Shown here piece by piece: positions 13,210 to 41,604 of a DNA stretch of 64,000 bases. The position numbers were made by a program, and so were the translations under genes. This DNA comes from Hormiphora californensis. Lineage: Eukaryota > Animalia > Ctenophora. Each line of letters begins with the position of its first letter. Within the stretch, counting starts at the first letter, position 1. The notes under the pieces are model-generated. The model was not told where the DNA came from, searched no databases, and saw nothing but the letters and a program-made list of their open reading frames with translations. The stretch lies in NCBI GenBank assembly GCA_020137815.1, contig CM035352.1, forward strand, positions 8,432,001-8,496,000. The letters are read 5' to 3'.

Positions 13210-13660
13210 GACTCGACGCGGTATAGCGGTACCACTGTACATGTGTCAAAGAATCAAACATAGCTCTTCACACATTTACAAACCCTCGAAAACAAATTTC
13301 AAAACAGCAACAGGTTCACAAGTTTTACAAATAAATAACTGTGTTGATCTGTACATATAAAATAAAACATAAATGCACTCTCTCTAATAAAAAACTAACT
13401 AAACCATAAAAACAGGAGCGAAAACCAGCATTATATCAACACCATGCGAGACCAGGATCTAATAAAATATTTGATAAACACTCTCGGTACTCCTGCTAGT
13501 CTTTTGTTGTACAAGATGTTGAACTCGGTGCATTACAGCGCTGGAAAGCGCCCCAGGGCAATGCTATAAAACCCAAAACACATCCAGTCGGCAGCTGGAA
13601 AACTCAAAACTGGGGGTAATAACACACACTGATAAATTCCCATGCACACATCTTGTTCTC

Positions 13661-28779
<15,119 letters not shown>

Positions 28780-30184
28780 TTAGATCCAGGGACCCCACCT
28801 ATCAACGAACAGACTCAGTTCTACCCAGATATTATATCAAATGGATTATAGTGTGTGAGTGATCAAGCAAAGTTCAATCTAACGGTGAGAGAACAAACAA
28901 TATGTGATTGACAAGCATGAGGAGATGGAGAGGGAGAGAGAGAGAAAAGAGGAGGGAGGGATTTTGTGTGTAAAATACATGCATGCGTGAAAGACACAAA
29001 AGGATGTCGAAAAAAAGAGACAGACAGAAAGTAATTATTACAACTCTCTTCCTCATACATTGATCGATTCAACAATCAACCCAGTCCGAAAAGTAAAAAC
29101 CCATAACACGATCCTTTTTTCTAGTTGTACATGATCATTTTGGAAAAGACCCATCATCTGTTGTACATTACCATCAAATCATGGACTAAACCTTGTATCA
29201 ACTTGGTCTAACTCGTTTCACTTAGCTAAATCTAGAACTTTAATACTCAACAGAACCCTCACAGATCGCGGTGTGAGCTACACAAGTATTTCGATGACAG
29301 ACACAAAGCCCCTGCATGTCTTACCATGATAATCAATCGACTTGCCGCGAGTTCGATACGTCATCAAACTTGTCATGATGATTGTAGACACTCAACTAAC
29401 TACACATAATACACAACTTATAGAACTGGAAATGAGTTCCACTCGATAACTGTACTAAGTTTAGATGCTAAAGATAGTCTTAGATCTAATGTACAACTCA
29501 GAGAGAGCCAGGGGAGAGGAAGATAGAGAGCCAGGGAGAGAGAGAGAGTGTGGTAGAGACTCTACGAGAGAGATCAGGAGTATAGATCAGAGCTGTACTG
29601 AGAGAGAGAGTGCAATAAGTGTGGTAGGGAAAGCAGTACACATCTATCTTTGCCAAATCAGAGCAATATCTCTCTTTCCTAAACCACACAGACAGAGATT
29701 CAATAGATCTCGACTTCCCTCTATAATAGTGCACTATGTTAATGACTCACTATGCTAATGACTATCGAGGTATCCGATAAATATAATTTTCTCATACATC
29801 ACGAATAACATGTGCTGTCGGGCCGATCGATTTACCAGAACCCGATTTACCGGGAGGATAAATATCCTTTAACTTTACTTATACATATTATATTTTTTCA
29901 TCTCTGACCTCATGGACGTTTATTCATCTCCCCAGACCCCATACATCTAGATAATCACCTAATTGGTGTTTGACGTAGTCAAGTGTCCATGTGGAGGCGC
30001 TTAGAGCGAGAGATGGACAAGGACTCGTTAAAGGCTGAGAGAGAGACTTGCTATCTTCTCTAGTAGAAAAGGATATAAGATGCTTTACTTATAAGATGCT
30101 CTATGTTTAAGTCATAAGATGCTCTATTTAAGTATAAGCACCTATCTTTCCCACCAGCTGTCAACTGATCAGTTGAACCACACG

Positions 30185-30238
<54 letters not shown>

Positions 30239-30472
30239 GAGAGGGAGAGAGAGAGAGATAGCAGAGAAAGGATAATGAGGGGTGTGATGAGAAGTTTGTG
30301 ACTATAAAACTGAGATGCTAGCCCGTTCTAAGCACTATCATCCAACCTCTCTAGATCTTGTCTCGGATCTATCTACGAGTAAACTCTGAATTTGAATTTG
30401 AATTTACTCTAGTAGTACAGCGCTGCGAACCCCATCTGAGGATCAAAATCAAATCGGGGTCTGGCGCCAGCC

Positions 30473-32102
30473 ATGTTCAGTCTGTTGCTTTGGATATTTC
30501 TCGCCACAGTGGCAGGTAAACGCATATAAAATCAAGGCTAATCTAATATCTTAGTCGTTCAGTGAATTGAAATCCCAAATCTTGCATTGTACTTAACCAT
30601 ATTGTCTTCTTTTAGATGCAACATGGGAAAATGCTCAATCGGAATCGATTCAGTGGGAGTTTAGAACGCGGCCCCTCCAGATCAAAACACCTTCCCGGAA
30701 CGGTCTGTCTGACGTTATTACATGCGAGCTTCAAATGGAGCTCCAAAGTATAAAGGACACATCAACGGCACGAAATTGGGATACGGTAACTGTAGAGGTC
30801 ACGGAATATAGAATGGATGTTAGGTATTGTGATGGTAAAAAGTCGACCACAACAGAATTCGATAACAGAGATGACTCCCCTTTCCACCTTGAAACTGTGT
30901 GTTACTGGATAGTATCCCGTGTTGGAGGCCTCCACACTAACATCTCATTGAATGATCACCTCGTCTTCACAAAGCCGACCAAGCCAGAAGGTGGTGAAGA
31001 TCATAAATGTCTGTTACAAGAACCCACTGCCCAACTTATTTCCTTCGCTATTCAATCCGAGGGAGCGTCCTACAATACAGGTATAATGGTTACCATGGTT
31101 ACCCTTGAGCTGTGCTTCGTAATAATTCAAAGTCACCACCCCAGCTGAAATTTTATAATCATGTTATTATGTCCATTCTAAATTCGTGCCCCCCTAAATT
31201 ATTTCTCCCTCCCTACTGCAGCGGAGATGTGTGGAGTATTAAAGATTCCCAACTCTGTTATCGGCACCTATAAAGAAGCATCGCCCGGCACCATCCTCTC
31301 CGTATCCTGTAAAGAGGGCTTCACCCTGCACGGACCAGAAACCGTAACCTGCCAGGAAACCCTAAGATGGAGCGATCCTATTCCGAAATGTCACGTCACA
31401 ATGTGTCCTGATTTTAGTGTCCCGAACTCTGCTGAAGACCACTATGAGAGTGTGGATGCTGGGCAGAACGTGTCCGTGGAGTGTGTCCAAGGATACGAAC
31501 TGGTTGGAGACAGTAACCTGACATGTTTAGATGATGGCACATGGGACGGTAAACCTCCAAAATGCAAACCAGGTATAAAATAATGTCGAGATTATTTTAA
31601 TTGACTTATATAACAATGGTTTGACCAATAATCCAAATCAGTTTCAGAAGAATCTGACAACGAAGAAGAGTCTACCAACGATAGCAATATTACATGTCCT
31701 GACATCCCACACGCTAAACTGATTCCTAACAAAACAACCTAACAAGTACGAAGTATCCTGTAACCATGGTTATGTTTCCATAACGACCAACAAAACAATA
31801 GTGACTTGTTATGACGGAGAATGGCTGGGAGATGTTCCGGAGTGTAAGAAACTAGGTAAATTGTTGTTTGTGATACAGTGGTTGTTATGGTAATACGTCA
31901 TGGTTGTTATGGTAACAAAGGTGTGCTAAACAGTACAGGGCAACTGTTTAGTACATCAGATGTAAAGTTGTACTACGTCTTTATTGTAGTTGTGGTTTCT
32001 TACTAACACAGATTAGGGACGATGAAACGAATGATAGGTTGGACGGTGGAGTCTGAAATAGGAATCTGGAATGTAGAAACACCAAAGACCAATTACCTTA
32101 CG
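30473..32102 (+). CDS. Secreted sushi/CCP-domain protein (3 CCP repeats; frameshift near 31740; 3' end unresolved)
   Basis: Signal-peptide exon MFSLLLWIFLATVA (30473-30515), then exons ~30616-31081, 31222-31573, 31642-31855, 32017-32102. CCP motifs C..GFTLHG...TC....W..PIPKC and C..GYELVG...TC..DGTW....PKC. Confidence 0.75.
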
Positions 32103-32723
32103 GTAAGAGTAAGACCCTTTCTATGACTCAAAAGTCAAACCCCGAAACAAGTTACGTAGAAAAACTGTGACATTAACTAGGACCAAATCCCTATCTTTCC
32201 TCTCAAATGACAACACCAAATGATCACTTACCCGCAACCATATCCCCAGTCATAGTGAGTGGTGCTGCCTCATAATTCACACTATTCCTCGGTAGGTTGG
32301 ACATTGCGAGGGGCGGAACAAGCGATAAATTCTCTACCGTCGTCATGACAGCAAACACAAAACAACAGATCACAAAAGAAAAAGGTAATTTAACTCCCAC
32401 AAACAGCACACGAAGTGGAAGACTAAGGGACAGAGAGGACCTCACACACTCTGGCAGTGGTATACATCGTAATACGATCTCGTAAAACGTTCTGATGAGG
32501 GACACCTGATGCCAAGGAAGTGAATTCCAGAGTCCTATTGAATAGGATCTTACTGAGCAGGAGGATCAATTGCTGATTAGATTTCCTGAAACAGTGCTTC
32601 AAGAACTCAAGAACTGAAATGTATTGCTAGCGACGATGCTGAAAGGCCAGTAAAAGAACTTTGAGCTTTCAGCAGCTGAATTTCAGCTATTTATGCCATA
32701 GCTGGAGTAATGTACACTGCCAA

Positions 32724-33861
32724 ACATATGGTCAATTTTTTTTTAACTTGTGCAACTACCAAATTTTTTCAAATGATCATAGCAAAATAGCTGTGGCCAC
32801 TGGAAATTTACTCAGCACCTCAAAAAATCGAGAAATGTTAAAAGTTCAATTTAGTGAAAGAACGAAGTCTCTAGCTTACTCCAGTGAGGTGCTATAGCAT
32901 TTCTACGCCGTGAGGTGCTATCGTGAGGTGCCCCCGATTTGTAGAAATACCGTTTGATCAAAAATCTCCAAACTTTCAGAAATGGTGGGGATATTTCTCA
33001 CTCATCAGATGAGGTGAAAACCATGGAAAAATTTACTCATTTGGTGAGGTGCAAGCCGATTTTAGAGCTAAAAGTTTACTCACTAGGGGTCAAATGAGTA
33101 AATAAAGAATTGAAACTTGGCATAAAGCAAGATTAGACAATTTCCCTCCTGATTTACCGAAAATTTGCTCTAAAAACTACTCAGCGAGTGAGGTGCAGAC
33201 CCTCAAAAAATGACATATTTTACCTACTTCTCCAGTGCACCTCACAGGTTGAGCAATGACCTTGGAATCGATTAGGTAGTGTTTGGGGATGTCATATGAG
33301 CAAATTAAGGCCACTTTTAGAACTATATACTCACTGAGTGAGGTGCAATTACCGTTTGAAGAAAATACAGTTTTTTGGGTGCACCTCACTCTTTGAGCAA
33401 AATTTTTGGAACTTTTTTGGTACAAATGATGGTTTTGAGTCTACTGCAAGTATCTAGCTAGGAAAAGTCGTGAAACGTGAGGTGCTACGGGCTTAAAAGT
33501 AGCTGTAAGTATACAGTGTAACTTTAAACACCGGTTGCACCTCATAGATTGAGTAAGTTTGCTTACATATTTTAAAGGTGTTTATATTGGACATTTTTCA
33601 GCATATTTTCGAAAATTTTAGGAAAAAATATTAAAATTTGACGGAATGGCACACGCTTTTGCAAACATGGTCACCGGCACCTCACGAGATGAGTTTTTAA
33701 TTTATTTTGCCTGTAAATCTATTCCCTATACACTTTTACACATAATATTCATTGGAAAATAATATTTTTTGACAAAAACTATGATAAAAGTCGAAAAAAC
33801 TGAACTTATGTCATTTTCGGAAAAAATTTTGCACAAGTTAAAAAAAAAAATGACCATATGT
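32724..33861. mobile_element. MITE (~1.1 kb) with GAGGTGC internal motifs
   Basis: TIR ACATATGGTCA(T)nAACTTGTGCAA at both ends. Confidence 0.8.
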
Positions 33862-35454
33862 CTTCCTCAACTTAATGTACGCTTGACTAACGACACAATT
33901 TACTGCTATTGTTGTAGATGGAACATAACACCAAAACCCTGAAAAACTACCGCGTTTTAGTTCTACCCCTATTTAGATCTGATGGTATAGGGGGAGGCTA
34001 CTTACAGATTCCGCGACGTCTCCGTCCTGATCTCAAAACCATGTCTTGTCCACCCCTTACTTGACAACACAAGTCTTAGTGCAGCTATAGATTACATCGA
34101 CCAAACAACAAGGTGAAAAGGAATCGCCGTGTACAAATTGAGATGTAAATGATGGACGAAAATGATATGCGAGAGAGAGAGATCAGAGAGACAGTGCATG
34201 GGCTAATTATACGCTACATGTAAGACGGTACAAGCACGATTAGCTATTTCCTGAAGAATCGATTCCTCACACACATGCTCAGTTACAGCCAAGTTCATGT
34301 CATAGTAGTGCAATTACACGAGTAATTATAGTTTAATTACACCACACAACTATAATTACACTGGCTATATGAAGGGCATATTGTGAGATTAGTGTGATCA
34401 TTGGGTGGGAAAACATCCTGTAATCATTACAGCAGGCATAATAGTTTCCTTCAGTTGGCACATATAATATTCACCATGAGAGGGAGAGAGGATCAGTCTT
34501 ACCCCAACTCTTCTCTAACCCCTGTTTTAATCAATTTCTCTCAGCCAAATTACAACGTATGATCCATAAAATAGCATGTCTCTACAAGGGTGATTGGCCT
34601 ATTTGCCTATAAACTAAACAACTCACATGTCTTAAACTGTTGTCTCTTCCCAGAAAGGGGGCTAACGGTTGCAGAATTTCTCTGGACTGTAATGTAAGAG
34701 AGGTCCTTGAGGGAACCAACCATGTTCCAATTACTACTTTCAATCACTGAGAAATTAGTTAGAACTCCTGAACTCTTGATCAATATCCCATAAGACAAGA
34801 GCAAACTGGTAGGTAGAACAAAAGTGACAGAGCCTAGCTAGACTGTTTTGAGTTGATATGGGCAAACAGCTATAGGTACTGGTATAATAGACTGAACACA
34901 AAAAGGCTCAGCAGTGTGTACCAAAATAAACACAAACGCTCCTTAATTGGTTTAATTGGATCAACCGAGCCAGAAAAAAACGAGTACAATTCGGGACGGG
35001 GAAATACATTGTCTAGTAAATTAATAATGCAATCCTTTAGTTTTATTGTCTCAACCTGAGCGTCGCAATTAGTACAGTTACCATGGCGACCAAGAAATCT
35101 AAACACGTAGGACCGAGACAAACCGTAAGTAAAATAAAACTAATAAAGATCATGGGATAATCTATTCGGCTTCCTACCACATCTTTTTAGCAAGCATGTT
35201 TCAAGCGATATATGGGAAGATAGAGGTCTCCCCGATCTCTACCACACACACAGAACCCCGTAATAGTTTGGAAAGGGTGACTCAAAATAGAGGCCGGCTT
35301 CTAACAAACAACAAAATATAGTTGCCATGCACAGAACTCTCACTGTGTAGATTCTACAGTGCGTGGGGCAACAGAGGATGTGACTAACAAGCAGCACGTT
35401 GACCCCAATTAACTAGCACACCCCAATTAAAGTTATTAGCTGTACACTCAAATA

Positions 35455-38400
35455 CAGGGTGTGAACTGCATGTCGTGTTTGCTAGTCGCGAGCGCGCTTG
35501 CGAGACAAGCAAACACGTCAAGGTTCATTAACAAGCATGCTGCTCAGTCATTTTAGATTTAATACACAATGTAAGGATACCATGTAATAGGTGAGACTCT
35601 TGCCGTCACCCTCGTTCAAGTCCCGTGAAAAACGGAGCAGTACACGCAAACTGATGCCCATTTTCCTCGCGTGACCCCGATTCAGCAGTTTGAGACACCA
35701 ACTCTTTAGGGGGCCATATCTCAGGAACCAGACAAGATAGGAAAAATCGCCGTCTAACGAGGCGTACAGTTTTTAATCTAGTTTACCACTGTACCGGCCG
35801 TTTCACTCTCCGACCTAAAACAAAAATCGCAACCCCACAAAACTTCAAAATAATGAAATTCGCATCTCGCATGTCGTGTTGCATGTCGTGTTGCATGTCG
35901 TGTCATGTTATTGACGCGCTCGCGTTCAACTCTCACACAGCAGCTGCAGAACATGGCGGGAAACATCGAGGAGTAGAGAGAGGGTCGGTGCCGAATCAAA
36001 TATTTCTTGATCTTGATCTACTCCATTTCTCAGCTATCCTACCACTCATCAACTCGATCTCTCAGCTACCCTACCCCTCATCTACTCCATCTTTCAGCTA
36101 CCCTACCCCTCATCTACTCCATCTTTCAGCTACCCTACCCCTTATCTAGTCCATCTCTCAGCTACCCTACTCCTCATCTACTCCATCTCTCAGCTTCCCT
36201 ATTAGGGAAGCATAGAGATGGAAACGATTAGGGGTAGGGAATCCCTATCCATAATCGTTTCCATCTCTATGCTTCCCTAGCCCTCATCAACTCCATCTTT
36301 CAGCTACCCTACCCCTAATCTAGTCCATCTCTCCGCTACCCTACTCCTCATCTACTCCATCTCTCAGCTACCCTACCTCCCATTTACTCCATCTCTCAGC
36401 TACCCTACCTCCCATTTACTCCATCTCTCAGCTTCCCTACCTCCCATTTACTCCATCTCTCAGCTTACCTACCTCCCATTTACTCCATATCTCAGCTTCC
36501 CTACCTGCCATTTACTCCATCTCTCAGATACCCTACCTCCCATTTACTCCATCTCTCAGCTTACCTACCTCCCATTTACTCCATCTCTCAGCTTCCCTAC
36601 CTCCCATTCACTCCATCTCTCAGCTTCCCTACCTCCCATTTACTCCATCCCTCAGCTACCCTACCTCCCATTTGATCCATCTCTCAGCTTCCCTACCTCC
36701 CATTTACTCCATCTCTCAGCTACCCTACCTCCCATTTACTCCATTTCTCAGCTTCCCTACCTCCCATTTACTCCATCTCTCAGGGGTAGGAATGTTAGGA
36801 TAAATAAGAGATGGAGTAAATGGGAGGTAAGGAAGCTGAGAGATGGAGTAAATGGGAGGTAGGGAAGCTGAGAGATGGAGTAAATGGGAGGTAGGGCAGC
36901 TGAGAGATGGAGTAAATGGGAGGTAGGGAAGCTGAGAGATGGAGTAAATGGGAGGTAGGGAAGCTGAGAGATGGAGTATTTATGGGAGGTAAGGAAGATG
37001 AGAGATGGAGTAAATGGGAGGTAGGGAAGCTGAGAGATGGAGTAAATGAGGGGTACGGAAGCTGAGAGATGGAGTAAATGAGAGGTAGGGAAGGTAAGAG
37101 ATGGAGTAAATGGGAGGTAGGGAAGCTGAGGGATGGAGTAAATGGGAGGTAGGGAAGCTGAGAGATGGAGTAAATGGGAGGTAGGGAAGCTGAGAGATGG
37201 AGTAAATGGGAGGTAGGGTAGCTGAGAGATGGAGTGAATGGGAGGTAGGGTAGCTGAGAGATGGAGTAAATGGGAGGCAGGCATGGAGTAAATGGGAGGT
37301 AGGGAAGCTGAGAGATGGAGTAAATGGGAGGTAGGGTAGCTGAGAGATGGAGTAAATGGGAGGTAGGGTAGCTGAGAGATGGAGTGAATGGGAAGTAGGG
37401 TAGCTGAGAGATGGAGTAAATGGGAGGTAGGGAAGCTGAGAAATGGAGTAAATGGGAGGTAGGGTAGCTGAGAGATGGAGTAAATGGGAGGTAGGGAAGC
37501 TGAGAGATGGATCAAATGGGAGGTAGGGAAGCTGAGAGATGGAGTAAATGGGAGGTAGGGTAGCTGAGAGATGGAGTGAATGGGAGGTAGGGAAGCTGAG
37601 AGATGGAGTAAATGGGAGGTAGGTAAGCTGAGAGATGGAGTAAATGGGAGGTAGGGTATCTGAGAGATGGAGTAAATGGCAGGTAGGGAAGCTGAGATAT
37701 GGAGTAAATGGGAGGTAGGTAAGCTGAGAGATGGAGTAAATGGGAGGTAGGGAAGCTGAGAGATGGAGTAAATGGGAGGTAGGGTAGCTGAGAGATGGAG
37801 TAAATGGGAGATAGGGTAGCTGAGAGATGGAGTAGATGAGGAGTAGGGTAGCGGAGAGATGGACTAGATTAGGGCCTAGGGGTAGGGTAGCTGAAAGATG
37901 GAGTTGATGAGGGCTAGGGAAGCATAGAGATGGAAACGATTATGGATAGGGATTCCCTACCCCTAATCGTTTCCATCTCTATGCTTCCCTAATAGGGAAG
38001 CTGAGAGATGGAGTAGATGCTGTCAGGCCAATGCTCTGACAGAGTAGATGAGGAGTAGGGTAGCTGAGAGATGACTAGATAAGGGGTAGGGTAGCTGAAA
38101 GATGGAGTAGATGAGGGGTAGGATAGCTGAAAGATGGAGTAGATGAGGGGTAGGGTAGCTGAGAGATCGAGTTGATGAGTGGTAGGATAGCTGAGAAATG
38201 GAGTAGATCAAGATCAAGAAATATTTGATTCGGCACCGACCCTCTCTCTACTCCTCGATGTTTCCCGCCATGTTCTGCAGCTGCTGTGTGAGAGTTGAAC
38301 GCGAGCGCGTCAATAACATGACACGACATGCAACACGACATGCGAGATGCGAATTTCATTATTTTGAAGTTTTGTGGGGTTGCGATTTTTGTTTTAGGTC

Positions 38401-38757
38401 GGAGAGTGAAACGGCCGGTACAGTGGTAAACTAGATTAAAAACTGTACGCCTCGTTAGACGGCGATTTTTCCTATCTTGTCTGGTTCCTGAGATATGGCC
38501 CCCTAAAGAGTTGGTGTCTCAAACTGCTGAATCGGGGTCACGCGAGGAAAATGGGCATCAGTTTGCGTGTACTGCTCCGTTTTTCACGGGACTTGAACGA
38601 GGGTGACGGCAAGAGTCTCACCTATTACATGGTATCCTTACATTGTGTATTAAATCTAAAATGACTGAGCAGCATGCTTGTTAATGAACCTTGACGTGTT
38701 TGCTTGTCTCGCAAGCGCGCTCGCGACTAGCAAACACGACATGCAGTTCACACCCTG
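35455..38757. mobile_element. Foldback-type element: 3.3-kb inverted repeat with internal 32-bp minisatellite
   Basis: Ends CAGGGTGTGAACTGCATG.../...CATGCAGTTCACACCCTG, 5-bp TSD AAATA, loop of ~25 nt near 36785-36808; no coding capacity. Confidence 0.93.
38020..38042 (+). mobile_element. 23-bp micro-element, copy 2
   Basis: Perfect 8-bp TSD AGTAGATG; absent from the mirror arm at ~36176-36183. Confidence 0.92.
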
Positions 38758-38860
38758 AAATAGTTTTTTGAGTAACAACAGCAAATAGATCTTTTGTACT
38801 TGTAGGACCAATTCCATATCTGCTCAGACGCATAGACATAATTTACACAACTAGAAAGAC

Positions 38861-38883
38861 CTGTCAGGCCAATGCTCTGACAG
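38861..38883 (+). mobile_element. 23-bp micro-element, copy 3
   Basis: Perfect 8-bp TSD AGAAAGAC. Confidence 0.92.
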
Positions 38884-39232
38884 AGAAAGACCAATAGGAG
38901 CACTATGTGGTCAAAAGAAAACAGGAAGGGTAATTGTGGGGACGTGTAACTTGTGTATTAGAGAAAGCTCAGTACACCATGCAGCAGTACAGCAACCAAG
39001 AAAGTGCAATTACTCCATATAATAGCCCCCCAATAGCCCACGGATACATTACAGCAGTTCTCTCTCTGTGTCCCTCTGTTATAGAGCGCTGAGCGACCCT
39101 CTTCTACTCTATAGTACGATCCAACCCCCTCAACCTCCCCCCTTCTCCCTCGTTATGTGCCTGACATTCCTTCGATTTGATGAAAGAATCAAAATTTGAG
39201 CGCCGGAAATGGAAACAAATCCCTTGCTAATA

Positions 39233-40283
39233 CTATCTAACAGCCCAATTTATAAAACCATTTATTTCCCAAAACCTATCGCCCCAACCTATCTCGAGTA
39301 TCAAAACCCTAGGGGATCCCTGCAGTACACTGTACTCACTTTTTCTATTTGACGATCTCCTCCTATCATCATTAATCTCTGGAAGAGTGTTCTCTCTCAT
39401 CAATATCTCCCTGTCCATATCATCCACTGGAACAAACCCCGCCACTGTCCTTGGAACTAGGAAATACTGGTTAGCGTTACGGAATCAGTCAGATATAATA
39501 CAGTCAGATATACTTGGAAGTGCTGGCTAGATGTCTCGATTCGAATCTTTTTGGGGTCAGGCTGAAGATTAAGATAAGTGATACTGATGTCATTGTGTGG
39601 CTCACACCGCTCTGTGAGGGTTCGGTAGATCAATGATATATTGGCACACAGGTGAATTGGTGTGGTGAATATTACTTGTGTTTTCATGTGAGTTTGATAA
39701 TGGGCGAGTACACCAGTGAGAACAGCAGCCTGCAGAGTGATCTTTGTGATCCACTTCTACACGATCACCAAAGTGCACAGTGGGTCGTGGATTGTGTTGT
39801 GGTGATGTTGCTATTGAGTAGTGAGACCGAACCTGCAATTGTATGTGTGTCGGGCTAATGTGTTGGATCAATCTTTAGAAATCAAGAAACATTCAAGAAT
39901 TAAGAGAGAGAATTAGCAGCCCGGTTACACATGCGACCTACCACCAAAAATTGATCTTCGGATCTGGAAAATTCAAATCTTATTGACGAGCTAAATTACA
40001 GTAGCACAGAGCTGAGGTGGGTCAGCAAGGGGTATTGAATAATGGGGGTCAAGGAGGGGTAATGGGGGTCAGAGGGTGGTAATGGGGGACGGGGGTAACC
40101 ATGGAAACCATGGTAACATGTTTACCTCTTTCAGAGTAGGAAGAGCATCAGGATGAGGGAGTTCCAACTGGTTGTTTGATCCGTTCAGACCGTCCATCTC
40201 CAAATCATTAGCAGTAGTCATTTCGAGGTCATCAGTAGACCTGTCCACAGGAGCGTCATGCTCCCTAACCACTATAACTGGCA
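39233..40283 (-). CDS. Possible spliced gene of unknown function
   Basis: Acceptor then ATG (MPVIVVREHDAP), donor at ~40123, candidate acceptors at ~39832 and ~39457. No family recognised; reading frame downstream uncertain. Confidence 0.35.
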
Positions 40284-40445
40284 TAGATCAGATCCTAAAA
40301 TAAGGTGCAGAGGAGTAACGAAGAAAGTATAACATGTGAAATGTAGTGGTAGGAAGCATTGAAAATCGAATTTTAAACCTGAAAATAAATAATAAGACCC
40401 GAACAATAACAATATTTACATAGAAGAAAGAAATGATTAACAAAT

Positions 40446-41418
40446 TTAAAGTTTTTCCACTCCCTCAGTTACACCCTCGACAACATCTTTATCTCCCACT
40501 TCCTTCTTCTTCTCTCCATCTTCCTTCTTCTTCTCTCCCTCCTCCTTCTTTTTCTTGGCTTGTTTCTGAGGTTTAGCAGGTTTCACCTTCTGGTTCTGTA
40601 GACTCTCAGGAGAATCAATGGGGATGGTGACGGGTCCATCGTTCTGGATATGAACCTGCATGAACGCTCCAAACTCACCCTCTGAAATGGTACACACGGT
40701 TATCATGGTAACCATGGTAACACACACACACGGTTATCATCACACAAAGATCTCAGATAAAGCTGTGATAACGCTGTGAGAAACAAGGCCCGGTGACCGG
40801 TGTCCCTATAAAACAATGATCATGAATAACTAAAATTTTTAAAAAGTGGACAAACAAACCTTGTACTAAGCTTTCAGAATTGGGAACAATATTTCGAAGT
40901 TCAGAGATAAACTTCCGATACATTACAATGCTCTGTTCACTTTTCATGGCACTGTGAAAGTCTGGTCGAGTTCCTTTATTCAACACACACTGCAGGGTGA
41001 ACTGAGGAGGAGGATGTGAGATTCAGATAAGTAAGGAAACCCCCTCTCAGCTGAGATTCAGATGTAACTTTCTCAAGAAATGAGACTTATCAGACAATGA
41101 ATCGAGAAGAAGGGAGAACAAGACGAGAAAGTAAGAAAGATGATATATTAAGTGGGTATTCAGTTCACCCTGCAGCTGGCAGCAGGCTCGTTCCACACTA
41201 TCCAAACAGCATCTGGGGGCAATATAATATGGTCTACTAAACTACCTTGTACAAGAGATTCAGAGTTTGGTACAGCCTGACGAACTGCAGCACAGAATTT
41301 GTTGTACATTTTCTCACTCTCCTCACTCTTCATAGCCCCGTGGAAATCGGGTTTGTTGCCCTTTAGGACACACTGCAGAGTGAACTGAAATACAGGGTTA
41401 GGGAGAGAGAGAGAGAGA

Positions 41419-41500
<82 letters not shown>

Positions 41501-41572
41501 AAACAGACAGACAGACATACAGATAGACAGACAGATAGACAGACAGATAGACAGACAGACAGACAGACACAC

Positions 41573-41604
<32 letters not shown>

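Noticed and set aside
34607-35121. Possible decayed retroelement ORF fragment (CxxC...ET)
   Set aside because: Too degraded to support; no RT or endonuclease motifs seen.
36757-37515. 252-aa ORF
   Set aside because: Translation of the 32-bp minisatellite.
38020-38042. 23-bp element as a Tn5/library adapter artefact (starts CTGTC)
   Set aside because: Does not match the Tn5 mosaic end beyond 5 nt, the TSD is 8 rather than 9 bp, and two copies show mutational decay.
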